A stretch of 64,000 nt of DNA from Psilocybe cubensis (Eukaryota), in assembly GCA_017499595.2 (NCBI GenBank), contig CM039008.1, positions 2,542,001-2,606,000 of the forward strand. Direction: 5' to 3'. Both the position numbers and the translations under genes were made by a program. The notes below the pieces were generated by a model that was not told where the DNA came from, made no database searches, and worked only from the letters and a program-made list of their open reading frames with translations. Of this stretch, positions 14,941 through 28,401 are shown piece by piece (within the stretch, counting starts at the first letter, position 1; each line of letters starts with the position of its first letter).

Positions 14941-16214
14941 TTACTGCGCACTGTACACGGGTGGAAGTTCCTCAGGTTTTGGGACGTTGACAACTCGCAG
15001 ACCGCTGTCGACGTGTTGGATTGGTTCTGGTACCCATGCCATTGTCAATGAAGGATTTGTAGTCTTGGTATCCTTGCTGATGGATGGCCTAGAGTTAACA
15101 GTAGGTGGATGGGACGTGGAGACAGCAGAGGACATCGATGGCCGTTGGTTAACTGCCAAGGACGATGCATGCGCCTCGCTGTTGTAATACAGAAGTGATT
15201 GACCCGCCGGTACACTATAGTTTGATGGAGATATCGAGCTTCGAGGTATTGATGAGGGAGGTGGCGGACGGTAGCTCGATGGTGAGTTGGTCTGAAGTCC
15301 TGTACCGTTCATAGTTGGTGCAAAATTGGCTTGAGAATTGCCAAGAGGTAAGGGCATATAACCCGGCGCTAATTTACGTCGATCAAAAAAAGTGTATGGG
15401 CGTCAAATGGAACACATACTTTGAGTAAAGCTCGCATCAATTTCAGGCTTCGGAGGCCTGGTGACCTCGTGCCTGAAATTACGTCTGCGCCGCCGAACTA
15501 TAAGATAAATGATAAAAAGAGCCAACAATGCGATAGCAGCAACGATGCCCCCCACAGCGGGTGCTATATTACCCTTCTTGTTCGTTGGCGAAGCAGCAGG
15601 TAAGTTTGATGAAGTCTCGTTGGGTGGGTTGGAAGGTGTAAGCGTTAAAGCTGATGATGTGGATGGAGAAGAGGTCGAGCTTCCGCTGGGGGTATTGGAT
15701 GTCTGGGAAATCGCATCAACCTGAAAGAAGTCGAACCAGACAGTGCCTTCTCCCTGATCAGGTACAGGGTTCACTTTAATCATCGTAACTACAAGATTGC
15801 TTGAAGACGTTTAGGCTTCAATACCAAATGGAAAGCGTCACATACTGTTGCTGTGCACTCAATTGTGGTGATTGCCAGAAGGGCTGCTTATATGTATCTC
15901 CTGAACCTGCTGGGGAGGTGAACTGTTGCGGAGGAGCTCCATCAACAGAGTAGCTAGTCACAACGCCCTGAGAGGTTGAGTCGATAGTTCCAAAGACTGT
16001 AATTCTCGTTCCTGTCTTAGTCTCTCAACAACATGAACCTGTCACCAAACAAGCTACACGACGTACCCGTAAAGGTTACGCTGAAGGAGTCCCCGACTTC
16101 AGTTGAGCTAGTCACCGTCCCTGCATTCTCATGCGATGTTCCACCCTTGGTCCAACCATTACCAACGTACTTCACTGCAGAGAGGTCCGAGTCGTCGATT
16201 ATTATGCTGGACAT
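14941..16214 (-). CDS. Single-pass membrane protein, tandem paralog A2 of 12952-14201
   Basis: MSSIIIDDSDLSAVKYVGNGW...VWFDFFQV; Ser/Thr linker; TM followed by RRRRR; QHVDSGLR...ELPPVYSAQ*; same exon layout as A1. Confidence 0.8.
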
Positions 16215-16763
16215 GTTTGTTAGCAACGAGGATCAAAAGTGCAACCAACATGCCTTCTTTAAGTATATCCTTGATTATTTTTACACCCTGCCATGTCTGT
16301 GAGACCGAAAGCGTTAACGCCGCAAGGCGTGCTATATGCAAAAACAAGCTAAATTCCCATGATTGTAAGATCGAATTTAACTGTATCACCTAGCACGATA
16401 AGCCTGTTTTTATACAGATAGGTTTGAAGGCGGCACCAAAGAATTATCAACACCATGCAGATACTTTACCGCTGAGAAGTACCGACAGGTTCGACCCAAC
16501 ATCCTAGTTGTGAACCTACTAAGGCATATTTTGGTTTTCGGAGACGGATAATATTCGCCGGCATCGTTACCAGATTTGGCTCAACTTTGAGCCTGCCGTG
16601 TTCACGTTGTGTTTAATGAGCTTGCATTAGGTCGACGGTATCCAAGATCCAAAATACACACGTGGATACCCAAAGGGTGACTTGAATCTGTAGTGGATTC
16701 GGGTTGAATTGTCCATCATTCAAATGAAGCGAAAATTCTGAAAAATACAGGAAGACTTTAAGG

Positions 16764-19700
16764 TTACTCTGTCCAAAGCGTAACAGTAGACGCAAAACCA
16801 TTAATGTTGTCCTGCTGGTGGATGACCCCAGTTTTGTTGATGCTGAGCTGGTATGTCGATGCGACAGTCGAAAGGCTACAAATGTTGATATCGGAGCTGG
16901 ATTCGATATTCGCAATCTGAGATTGACAATTCCTTGTCTTTATACAATCTTGGGAATAGTTCTACATGCATATCAGAGAGATTGGATGAAATGAGAAGTG
17001 AGGCTATTTATAGACAGCACAGAGACTGACCACGAAAAAACTGTAAAGCCCAGCGCCTAATAAAGCAGTCACAAGTCAACCACAAGCACACTTGGCGTTA
17101 TATATTTACCCTTACCAAAGATTAGAATGCGTTGGGAATCAGAGATCGTTAAAGCCCAAGAATGCGAAGAACTATCGTATGGGCGAGGATCCTTGTAATA
17201 GGGGTTGACATTAAATGGCGTTGGAGCGGGTGGTTTAGGTTGATAATACGGCTGTGTTGAGTCCAATGAGCCTTCAGCTCAAAATTAAAAGGGGTTTGGA
17301 CGCATACACTTTCGGTCTGTATCAATCCCATATAGTGATCGTGTGCACCGGCGAGATTATACTGGTAAAGAACAAAATGTTCTGCTGGTGAGAAAGAGCA
17401 CAAGCTGCGCAGTTAGTGGATGTCAAGTAGGCAAAATTGAATGCAAGCGCCTACACGCAGTCCCAACCATCCAAACCGGACCTTGGGACTCCGACAATAT
17501 TCCTCTACCAGCATATACCGTGATCTGTTTTTCTCCGGATAAGTCCAGGTCATGATCTGCCAGCCATACCCAAGTTCCCTGAAGTATATCTGTCAAAATC
17601 ACAATGCCAGCGTGATCGAATTAATCTAACCTCAAAGTAACCTGTCGCCAACGGCGTTATGTGAAGGGCAAGGAACGCAGCATAGCAAGAATCGTAGCCT
17701 CTTTCTCCAGACTTGGGACAAGTTGTCCCTTCAAGATTCGTCCCACTACCTAAAAAATCGTTATCAAAGAGATTTAATGATACGAACAAGCAAACGTACT
17801 ACCGGCGAGCCTAGATAATTGTTGATTAGGGTCATTCCAATATAAATTCAAACACCCACCTGATGTGAGTATCCCACATCCCAGCAGCAGCCTTCATACC
17901 TTCCGGTTCTCTGACGTTCCACTCAACAACGACGGCGCCTGGCGCAGGTCCAACAGTAGTGAACACAACATCCGTAATCTCTGTAACCCCTGTCGCTGGT
18001 TCCTGTCCCCGTTCCCCGACTCTGAACACAACCTGAGGGGCGTCTTGATTTTGAAAGAGTGGCCCCTTTCCGGCCAATACAGACCAGCATTCACCCACAA
18101 GCCGCGTTCCCGCAGGGATAGTCAATGTCGACGTAACAATATAAAATCCAGCATCAAGGAAGATAATTTTTTGATCTGAAAACTGGGCCAAGTGTCGCCG
18201 TTGGATTGTTTTTTCAGACTGTCGTTGGGTGGCCACGCACCTTATTGAACAGAGACTGGAGGGCCTCGGTGTCGTCGGTGATGCCGTCACCCTTCGCACC
18301 ATGGTCTCTCGCGCTAACGAAATCCGATGCATCATACTCTTCATATTGGGGATGCCCACGACTGACAATTTTTCCTTCGTCATCCAGCAAGGAAGATGCC
18401 TTCACAAGCGACGGCACTGTTCCCTTCAAGAATATCCCCTTCCCATTGCCGCTTTTGTACACATTTCCTTGCACCCACGTTTCAATAATTTTTGTTTTCT
18501 CTGCGCCAGAGGTTCCTTCGAGGACGGTGGATCCGTTAAGCACACCCACCGCAACAGGTACATCGGTAAATTTAGCATTGCTGATGACTAATGAGCCAGC
18601 AAGGCTGCCGTTGGAGGGCTGTGATGTCCTCACAAAGCACGGCGTATTGGTAACAACCGCGTCAATAATAGCCTGAGCGCCTGTTGTCTAAAATAACATT
18701 TCGAGTAAGCTTGATCATTCTTGAGTCAGTCCGACAAGAGAGGCGTATACCTGGGCCTCGGTAGTAACACCTCCGGTAGCAATATCGAACCCAACCTAAA
18801 AACACATTCACTTCCTTCATTCCATTGCGTAAGTGAGGGCAGATTATTGACCTGGCAATTATTGATTTTCAGGTCTTGATATGTCCAACCTAGCTCTAAT
18901 TGTTATAAGCAGTCCCGCGGAAGTAAATGAAGATGTACCCCAATTCCACAAGCTATAGACTCCTATTTGTGCGTTATTAATGGTAATATTTCGTACTGTG
19001 AACCTTTACGAAGCGTCAGCGGGGTCGATTTTTTTGTGGGACAAAACTGACTGTTGGTTTCCTCCCCATATCCCAAATTTGCCTGAATCATTCTAGCTCT
19101 GACCCCATGGTCTTTAAAGAGACAGTCACAGACCTCCATTGAAGACCAAATCACCCATAAATCCACCACTTACTTGAAAGTGAGCATGAAATACGGCGCA
19201 TTAGGAATAAAATCTCTGACCTTCCATTTTCCATCCAGATTCCTGGAAGAAGATGATCAAATCTCAAGATATATGCGCATTGAAACTGAATGACCTTGAT
19301 GGGCGGTATTCGGTGCAGTTGACATTTCAAAGACAATGTTGATGAGGGACGTGGCTTGGGCAACTTGCCAATGTATACCCGTTCCTTGTTGTTTTTCTGG
19401 AGGGACCCTTTTCTAAAGTTCAGTGGTTTGAATAATATGTATTCTGGTGTGACGTACTGCCTAACATCAATCACAAAGTTTCTGATGGAACGGTGACTTG
19501 AGGGAGGAAAAGTAGTTCAGTAACCTTGGTGGAGGAAAAGGGCCAACTGCAAAAACGTACAAGTTATTCGTTGCTTGAAAGTATTGTGCTCCTCCTCCGC
19601 CTGGGATATAGGGGTTTGCATCTGAACTTGTATCTAAGCGAAAGATAGAAGACTCAAGAGAAAATGAAGGCACCAATGACTGCAAAGCCGTTGAAAGATT

Positions 19701-20446
19701 TTGCAGCCAAAAGGGTCGGCGGCACTTTGGCATCACCAATAAGTTGGGTATAATAGTAGGGGATAATTGGGGCCGATATCAGGTAGATCCTACAAGTGGT
19801 ATATCGATTCGTTATCATTTTGATAGCAGAGCAAACTTGAGATACCCTTGAGGGAAATACACGACAGCCGGGGAAACGCTTGGCAGAAGTTAGGAGACAG
19901 AAACAGGCGAATAGTGGCTAACTGTTGGCACTAACGTTGAAGATGGACAAGTGCCGCCACCACATCGATTCTGCTCCCTTATGGCCCGACTGAGACAAGA
20001 TGGTCAGCTTAAGTTGAACGTTTTCTGGCCCCAGTATTTAAAGGTCGAGTTCCTAACTTGATGGCCATAGTATCATCGTGTATGCCGTCTCCGACCGCAC
20101 CATAATCCTGTAGGATTCAGACAAGGTGATTGAAACAGTTAAAATCCAAACTTACTTTGACATTTCTGAAAACTTTATATGTAGATGGATTGGCATTAAA
20201 TGGAGAGATGCCTTGATGTTTAATTTTCTCCATCCAGAATGGACTGGATGATGTTGTACTTCGTCCTTGATTTTCGTCCGACGATCTGGGCCCGGGAGAA
20301 GCGATAGACTGCCATTTTCGAAGGACAGTTTTCAGTGGCATGATTTTGTTGTGTAGGTTGCGATCTGAATTGACAAAGAGAGACGAAATATGTGAATGCA
20401 GAATCCAGATAGCCACTGTGGCAAGTACTGTGACACGTGAAGGCAT
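16764..20446 (-). CDS. Glycoside hydrolase family 55 exo-beta-1,3-glucanase (copy 1), many exons
   Basis: FWMEKIKHQG, YKVFRNVKDYGAVGDG, DANPYIPGGGGAQY, GIWMENGSGG, GAKGDGITDDT, GTASEHF, QTESPYYQP, ending GFASTVTLWTE*. Start is ATG 20446 or the in-frame ATG at 20341. Confidence 0.92.
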
Positions 20447-20642
20447 TCAAAAAGTCATTAATATGCGAAACAATGGGTTCTCTGCTGTCACAAAATCGCG
20501 TTCTTTCAAAATGCGTTGAACCATTTTATGTTATGATATTCGGTGGTAGGTATATGCCCTGAGATCCCAATGAGATCCCAATGACAATGCGAGGAGGATG
20601 AAAACTTTAAAGCAGAGCGTGATTCATTGCTTCTTGTATTAT

Positions 20643-21823
20643 TGTGACGGTTCGGTTACCGTCCACGACTTACCACGGCCGGCCTGGGTTAGGGTTCCCA
20701 GAGTGACGGGTGGTCAGGAAGTAACATGGCATAGGTTAATGGGACAGATTAGTCCAACGGTTGCGCGTGGTGCAATTCCCGCGTGGTTCTATAGCGAACT
20801 CCCTGTGACTTGGGGACCCGTTCACCGGCTTGGGTCACCGGAAATATTATGTAATTCGTCACGCTCGGGCCCTTCCGCGCGCCAAAAAATTCAGAATTTT
20901 GTGCATTTCATTGTGCTAAGTTCTCCGAGCATCTCCCGATCGCCCGCCTTGTCACTCGCGGTCACCAGAGTTTGGCGGGTGCATAGACCCTCAGGTCACC
21001 AGCTTTTCGATGTCCGACAACTTTTTAAGTAACTTCGCGGCCATCGGCGGCATGGCCATCTTAATTGGGCTCCGCCGCGTCATGTGACGGTTCCCGCGAT
21101 CCGTTCACGGTCGCGTTTTGGAGCTTCTGCAAACCGTTTAAATGTTGAACGTGAACAGTGACCCCAGTTCAATCTCGTTTAATATGGGTTGGATAGTAAT
21201 GGGTATAATTATATCTTATTGTATGTACCAAACTCAATTTTAAAGCCTCAGACTTTTGCAAAAAAGACTCATTAGAGCCTTCAAAAATTAATATTTACAC
21301 CGGTAAGAAAGGTTTACTTCTGCTCTGATAGTACTGTATTCACTATGTACATGCTTTTGTGTGTATGCTGGAGTGTGAACTGCTAAAGTATACATGCAAA
21401 GAGTGCATGCTGCAGTTGGCACATAAGATTGTATGCAATCTCCTCATTTCTTGGAAATAATTCAACTAGTTATTGTTATGATCACGTTGACCCATGTCAG
21501 TACTCATTTAAACGGCTGAAAAGTGAAGTAAAAGTACAATCTACATCCTGAAACACAAATAATTCACAGATGAGACTCGGAATTTTGCATTTTCACCTTT
21601 AAATAAGTCATTTTATGCTCAAATTTAGGCAAGTTGATGCTTCCACTCCTTGATATTAGGCAAACGAGGAAGGACAGATTAGTCTGACTATATACAAGAG
21701 TATAGTGTACTGATTTAGATGTTCTTGACATTACAATTTTAAAAAAATCTTCCAAATCATTGAAATTGATGGGAAGCGGGACTTGCGAGTTTCACTGCGG
21801 TTCTATTTTCCCGTGATGTTACA
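20643..21823. mobile_element. Solo LTR (1181 bp) of an LTR retrotransposon with 5-bp target-site duplication ATTAT
   Basis: Begins TGTGAC (20643) and ends GTTACA (21823). ATTAT lies immediately on both sides (20638-20642 and 21824-21828). No recognisable coding content; GC-rich first half, AT-rich second half. Confidence 0.72.
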
Positions 21824-22685
21824 ATTATGTAATGGGGTATTTTAATATCAGAAGTCCGATTGAAACCCAGCTGTACAGACCAGCTGCCAGCTGGTCAGTG
21901 GAAGTCAAACGAGTTGTTGTACGTTGCTCACGTCGCGCGACGTGCACGATATGTACCCAGCTATCAAGCGCTCTCCAGACGTGGAAATTCACGGCCACGT
22001 ATGCCGAACCAGATTCCTGTCAATGCTCTCAGAGTCCGTGTCCAAAAACCCCTACATTCTCTCGGTTAGACTTCCGACTTACCTTTAGCTGCGTTCCCGA
22101 GCTCTTTGGTAAAGGTCACCGATGCGAAGAGTAATCAAATAAACTGTTTGGAGATCAGAAATGAACTGAAAACATTGTCGGCAGAATCGAGGGTGCTTGG
22201 TATGTATGGAAGATAGTGGCATAAGTGACAAGTGAGTACAGTGTCACCTCATTGACAGTAAGTATCTGAATCCTCACTAGGCCTCAAGCTCAACCTCTTT
22301 TCCATAATTACAAAGCTTCAAAGAGTCTGCAACCAGTACGATTTTAGTCATTACCGCGCCACATTCACGGGCCCCGACATTAGGCAATGCCTTCGGCACG
22401 ACGTGCAAGGCAAAACACCACCAACTATTTATATCACGGAGAGGAACACGGAAGACTGTCCGTCTCCCACACATGTGTCTACCGCATGAAAGGTTCTATA
22501 ACCGGACTTTTCTACGAGTCACCAGATGGATGTCATCAATGGCTTATCCACTGCCATTAGCCATGCTTATCATAGCCGGTTCGATCGCCATCGCCCGACA
22601 TTTACGCTCTCCCTGGTATTTAAACCTTGTTCTTCCACGATTCGCAATTTTCAACTAAGAATACCTTCAGTGACAAGTGTCCCCA

Positions 22686-25068
22686 ATGGCATCCTATTCC
22701 TCTGGAAGTACAGGTCCCCATGAAAACAGATCATCATTACGCTCAGATTCGGCACCCACCTTACCAGGCGAAGTTGTACCTGAAGATGTAAATGACGTCG
22801 AAGTAGTGATGGGATTCAAAAATAAAGGGGAAAAGGAGAGAGAGAGCAGGGAGGTGGACTCAAACGACGATGTGCTCTGGGTGAACTGGGATGGTCCTAG
22901 TGACCCACTCAATCCAAAAAAGTGTGTCACTACCAACTGATATCCAATTATTCACTAATAAATTTCATCAGTTGGTCGTACAAAAAGAAATGGGCAGCGA
23001 CTATTGTTGTCTCATCATTCACATTCATATCGCCAGTTTCCTCGTCAATGGTTGCACCTGCGACAGAACAGGTGGCTCAAAAGTTTGGTATTACCAGTAC
23101 CGTGCTCATAGCTATGACGACAAGTGTTTTCGTTTTGGGTTACGGTGAGTTTTAGAAACATCGAACTTTGCACTTTGGCTGATTTTTTATCAGCTGTCGG
23201 ACCTCTGGTTCGTATTTTAATCAGTCGAAGACAACAATTTACTGAAATTGATTGCATGGTTATAGTTTCTGGGACCTCTGAGTGAAATCTATGGTCGTTC
23301 TCGAGTTCTTCAGTGGTCTAATCTTTTCTACCTGAGTACGCCTCTCAATTCCTTCACTTTCCAAATCTCATTTTTGTTCTTCAGTTTGGAATATCGCTTG
23401 CGGCTTCGCTCAGAGTAAAAACCAACTGATAATTTTTCGCCTATTGGCTGGATTAGGCGGCAGTGCGCCACTTTCGGTGCGGTCCCCTTTGTATGCCGCA
23501 GCGTCATTCCTTACTCATGATTTATTTTTCCGCGTCATAAATAGATCGGTGGAGGCGTGCTTGGAGACATATGGCATGCTGAGGAAAGAGGAAGGGCAAT
23601 CGCGATATACTCACTGGCTCCACTCCTTGGACCTGTTATTGGGCCCGTGTGTGGTGGTTGGATAGCGGAGCGTTCAACATGGAGATGGGTGTTCTGGTCA
23701 ACAAGTATTGTGGATGTCCTTGTTCAGCTCTCGGGTTTGTTCTTCCTCCGCGAAAGTGCGTTATTTTAATGACAATCTCTTTCCCATTCGTTAACGCTAA
23801 CACATTACTGCTATAGCTTTTGCGCCATTTATACTCGAACAAAAGGCCAAGGCTATCCGTCAGGAGATGGAGCAAGGTGCTCGGGCACATCGAGAAGTGA
23901 GGACAATATTTGAGTCAGCGGAATCGCGATCGTAAGCCTCGCTGATATCGCAATGATTGTTGAATATACTCACGCTGATACTTCTAGATGGCAGCGCATA
24001 TTTGCGAAAGCATTGACTCGGCCGTTCCAGCTCTTTGCCTTCGAAACCATCGTTCAGATTTTAGGCGTATACATGGCCTTCGTGTACGGGATCTTTTATC
24101 GTATGTCCTGTACCCTGTACCCTTCGACAGAGTCGTGCTAATTGATTTTTCTGCTACAGTTTTCTTGACCACGATACCAGTCATCTTCAGGAATAACTAT
24201 CATGAGGGCCCTGGGATTGGAGGACTGCACTACATCGCACTCGGACTCGGCCTATCTGGGGCATCGCAACTGAATGCAAGGTTTATGGACCGCATATATG
24301 TTCACTTCAAGAAGAGGAACAATGGTGTGGGCGAGCCTGAATTCCGTCTTCGTGAGTTGTCATGTTAATTATATTACTGCCATCAATATTTATTTACATC
24401 TTTAATATAGCAACAACCATCCCGGGTTCCTTGATTCTTCCTTTTGGGCTGCTTTTGAGCGGTTGGGCTGCTGAGAAACAGTTACATTGGGTGGCTGTCG
24501 ACATTGTACGTCTTCCAGGATTCTTTTGCGTCGTACTGTGGCTAAGTAATATGTTCTCCTAAGGGTACTGCGTGTGTTGGTGGTGGTATGATACTCGTGT
24601 TCCAGGGCATTCAAACCTACGTTGTCGATACATTTACACTTCATGCAGCCTCTGGTGCGTCAGTTCATCTTTTAGGTGTTTCGTGACCTTATGATTTCTT
24701 GTTTTTAGCCCTGGCAGCGGTCTCAATGTTACGTTCGCTAGCCGGATTCGGATTCCCGTTGTTCGCCCCTGCCATGTATGCTAAACTTGGATACGGGAAA
24801 GGAAATACCATCCTAGCGGCTTTGGCCATTGTTTTAGGTTGCCCTGCGTAAGTTTTCTTCTTTCATCTCTAAAACGTTGTAATCTCTAAACCGTCCGTCC
24901 ATACGTTACAGGCCGCTTCTTCTTTGGAAATACGGCAAACGAATTCGCATGAGTAGCAGATATGCCTCAAAACAGACACATCCGCGATCGCCACCCATCT
25001 CAGCCGGTCCAACTCTGGAAGCTCCCCAACACGACCACAACCATAACGAAAAGAAGAGTGCTGTTTAA
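22686..25068 (+). CDS. MFS drug:H+ antiporter (DHA1 family), copy 1
   Basis: [82 protein letters not shown]; ends ...KKSAV*. Confidence 0.92.
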
Positions 25069-25946
25069 GACGGCGTATACCTGTTAGGTCTGCCTCGAGG
25101 CTTTTGCGTAATGACCTCCCATGACTATGACGAGAAGAAGACAAAGACGAACAATTTTATCCATGATTTTGCGATTACGACCATGCTTTTCCGGTTTCTT
25201 TCTTGCATTTTTCTTACTTTAGGTTGTCATAATCACTTTTAGCATTGCTTTTCGAGTCTTTCATCCCCCACGGACTTACCATGGTGTATTTCACATAGAG
25301 GCGGATGATAATTATCGCAAAAGGTGTATCTATAGTTCTTGCATGTATTTTAGTGACTTATCGAGGCAGATCAACAGCCGCCTCTAATGTTATTGTAACA
25401 GCATTATCATTAACGGCGACATGTAATTGTACAGCATACCTGTGGCGTGGAACTGTGAGGGATATTTTAATCGTCAATTCTGGGAAATATTTGGCACATG
25501 CAAACTATCGGCCGATGGCACCCTGTAGAATACAGTCAGTGTGTTGCTTTGAAGGTCATTTCGCTGCTCCGAGAGTGACTTTATCGTGTATCCGCGCACT
25601 CGAAGCCACCATTAGGTGGGCACGCGATCGGAAACGGCAACAAATTTCTTCGATTACATCGTCGTGTGGGTTACACATGCGTGCAGAATCGACTTCTGGC
25701 TGAGCCAGACTGGGTCTCACATCCACACGTTTTATTAACCGTTTATCCAGGGAATCATTGCAGTGAGTCATTTCTGATATGCTGATAAATGAGCCGACTT
25801 ATAAAAACGGGATGCAGGCTACTTAAAATCCAAACGTCGCCCGCGGTGTCTATATTTGCAGTTCAAGTTACTCAGTACGGTCCAGTAGGAATCCTCCCTT
25901 GTACTTGATTGCGACTTGGTACTAGGCCGCCAACATACTCGACAAA

Positions 25947-28369
25947 ATGCCCTCAGATGGCTGTTCCAATGCCGATACAGTATCATCAAGCAGGCCTCCT
26001 AAAACTGTTGGAACCAGGACTGTTAAAGCTGCTGACGCCCCGACAGGCGAGCACGGAAGTGCTTCCGAGAATGACGCAAAGTACCTTGAAAATGGAGATA
26101 AGGAACAGACAGAGGAGGATATGGTCATTGTTGACTGGGATGGACCCTCCGATACTTCAAACCCGAAAAAGTACGCTCCTTCACTTGGATTTGGGGCGTT
26201 TCTGACAAAGACCAAAAATTCAGTTGGCCATACCGCACGAAATGGGTGGCGACGCTCGTCGTGTCATCGTTCACCTTCATATCACCTGTCTCGTCGGCAA
26301 TGATTGCACCTGCAAGCGACCAGGTAGCCCATGACTTTGGAATAACGAACGATGTGCTTATAGCTATGACGACAAGCGTCTTCCTGCTGGGTTATGGTGA
26401 GCATTTCCTTCGATCTATTTTTAGCTTATTTTAGGGGCCAATTGATTTTGATTTTGATTTTGCTCTTCGCCTAGCTGCCGGTCCTCTAGTGAGTATTCTG
26501 TGTATTGTTGGGTGCTTCAATGCGCAAGACATAACTTATGGACTTTCCACAGTTTATCGGACCTCTAAGTGAGATTTTTGGACGCATTCGAGTCCTGCAG
26601 TCGTCCTACCTATTTTATCTAGGTAACAACATCAGTCAACTTTTCACTGGGAGATTAAACTTCTGACATGCTTTCTTCATATATCCATTTACGAAGCTTG
26701 GAACACCGGATGTGGCTTCGCAAAAAATGCAACCCAGTTGCTTCTGTTCAGATTCCTAGCTGGAGTGGGGGGAGGTGCACCTCTGGCGGTGGGTTGTTGA
26801 CAATTTGACCTTATGATTACCCCCTTCACTAATTTGCACTTCTGTTTCTAGATTGGGGGAGGGGTTCTTGGAGATATCTGGCTCTCGGAAGAGAGGGGTA
26901 AAGCAATTGCGGTATACTCACTTGCTCCCTTGCTTGGACCAGCAATAGGACCAGTTTGTGGAGGCTGGTCTGTAGGCGTACCCTATTGACTTATTTAGCT
27001 ATTCTGACGATATTTGGACTACTAGGATTGCTGAGCGATCGACATGGCGGTGGGTATTTTGGTCTACGAGCTTGGTTGATGTCATAGTACAAGTTACAGG
27101 GTTGTTCTATCTTCGAGAATGTACGTCTTTCTCTAATATGACTTTCCAATTGGTCGTTGTTAATGCAAAAATCATAGCTTATGCGCCAGTTCTACTCGAG
27201 CGCAAAGCGGATCAGATACGAAAACGCATGGATATAGAACGTGAGCCCCAGAGGCTGGTGCGGACAGTTTTCGATTCTGCTGGAGACTCACGGACGTAAG
27301 AATGTACATGCAATGAACCACTGAATATTGTCAAACTTATGTCCTCAAGGTGGAAAAATATATTCAAGAAGGCTTTAACACGACCCTTCCAGCTATTTGC
27401 CTTCGAGAACATCGTCCAGATTCTTGGAATATACATGGCATTTGTTTATGGCATATTCTACAGTACGTTGGCAGGCATTTTGATCCTATCAATCACTCAT
27501 CGTGTCTTGCATTTGCATAGTATTCCTTACCAGTGCACCTATCATTTTCAGTACCATATACAATGAAGGTCCTGGAAAAACAGGATTACATTATATCGCA
27601 TTAGGCCTAGGATTATGGCTATCGTCACAAGCAAGTGCACGCTACATTGATCGCATCTACATACACTTCAAAAACAAAAATAACGGTGTCGGAGAACCCG
27701 AATTTCGTCTTCCGACAATCATCCTTGGATCAATGCTTTTTCCTTTTGGCCTGTTGCTGAGTGGTTGGGCGGCTCAGCATAAATTACATTGGATTGTTGT
27801 TGATATCGTGCGCCAATCTCGATTATTCTAAGGAATTGTAAGTTAAATCTCAGCGAACATCTTACTAGGGCAACATGTTTGTCGGTGCAGGGTCAAACCT
27901 TGTTTTCCAAGGCGTGCAAACCTACGTTGTTGACACATTCACCTTGTATGCAGCGTCTGGTAAGCTTGTTAAGGTCCTTTCATAAACGGTAAAGTTGTAA
28001 CATCGCGTCTTTTTTAGCTCTAGCAGCCGTGAACACCCTTCGTTCATTGGCAGGTTTTGGATTCCCACTGTTTGCTCCCGCCATGTATGCGAAGTTGGGT
28101 TATGGTAAAGGAGACACGCTTTTGGCTTGTTTATCTATCGCAATTGGCTGCCCCGCGTAAGTCCGGACCATTATTTCCAAAATGATGTCGAGACTGAACA
28201 TACAAAAAGGCCTATTCTTCTGTGGTATTATGGGAAAAGGATCAGAATGGGCAGTCAGTTTGCAGCTAAACAGAAGCTTGTGGCTCACTCTCCATCATCT
28301 GGTCCCACTATGGACGACTCTACTGCAAGTCAAACTTGCCACAGTCGAGTTGAAAAGAATGAAAAATAA
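25947..28369 (+). CDS. MFS drug:H+ antiporter (DHA1 family), copy 2
   Basis: [56 protein letters not shown]; ends RVEKNEK*; exon structure matches copy 1. Confidence 0.9.
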
Positions 28370-28401
28370 AGGCCTATAACAATTATTATCATCTTACTGT
28401 A

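Noticed and set aside
20560-20584. Tandem repeat TGAGATCCCAA x2
   Set aside because: Two units only, with no spacers; simple slippage, not an array.
20686-20694. Telomere-like GGGTTAGGG
   Set aside because: About 1.5 units inside the solo LTR; expected by chance.
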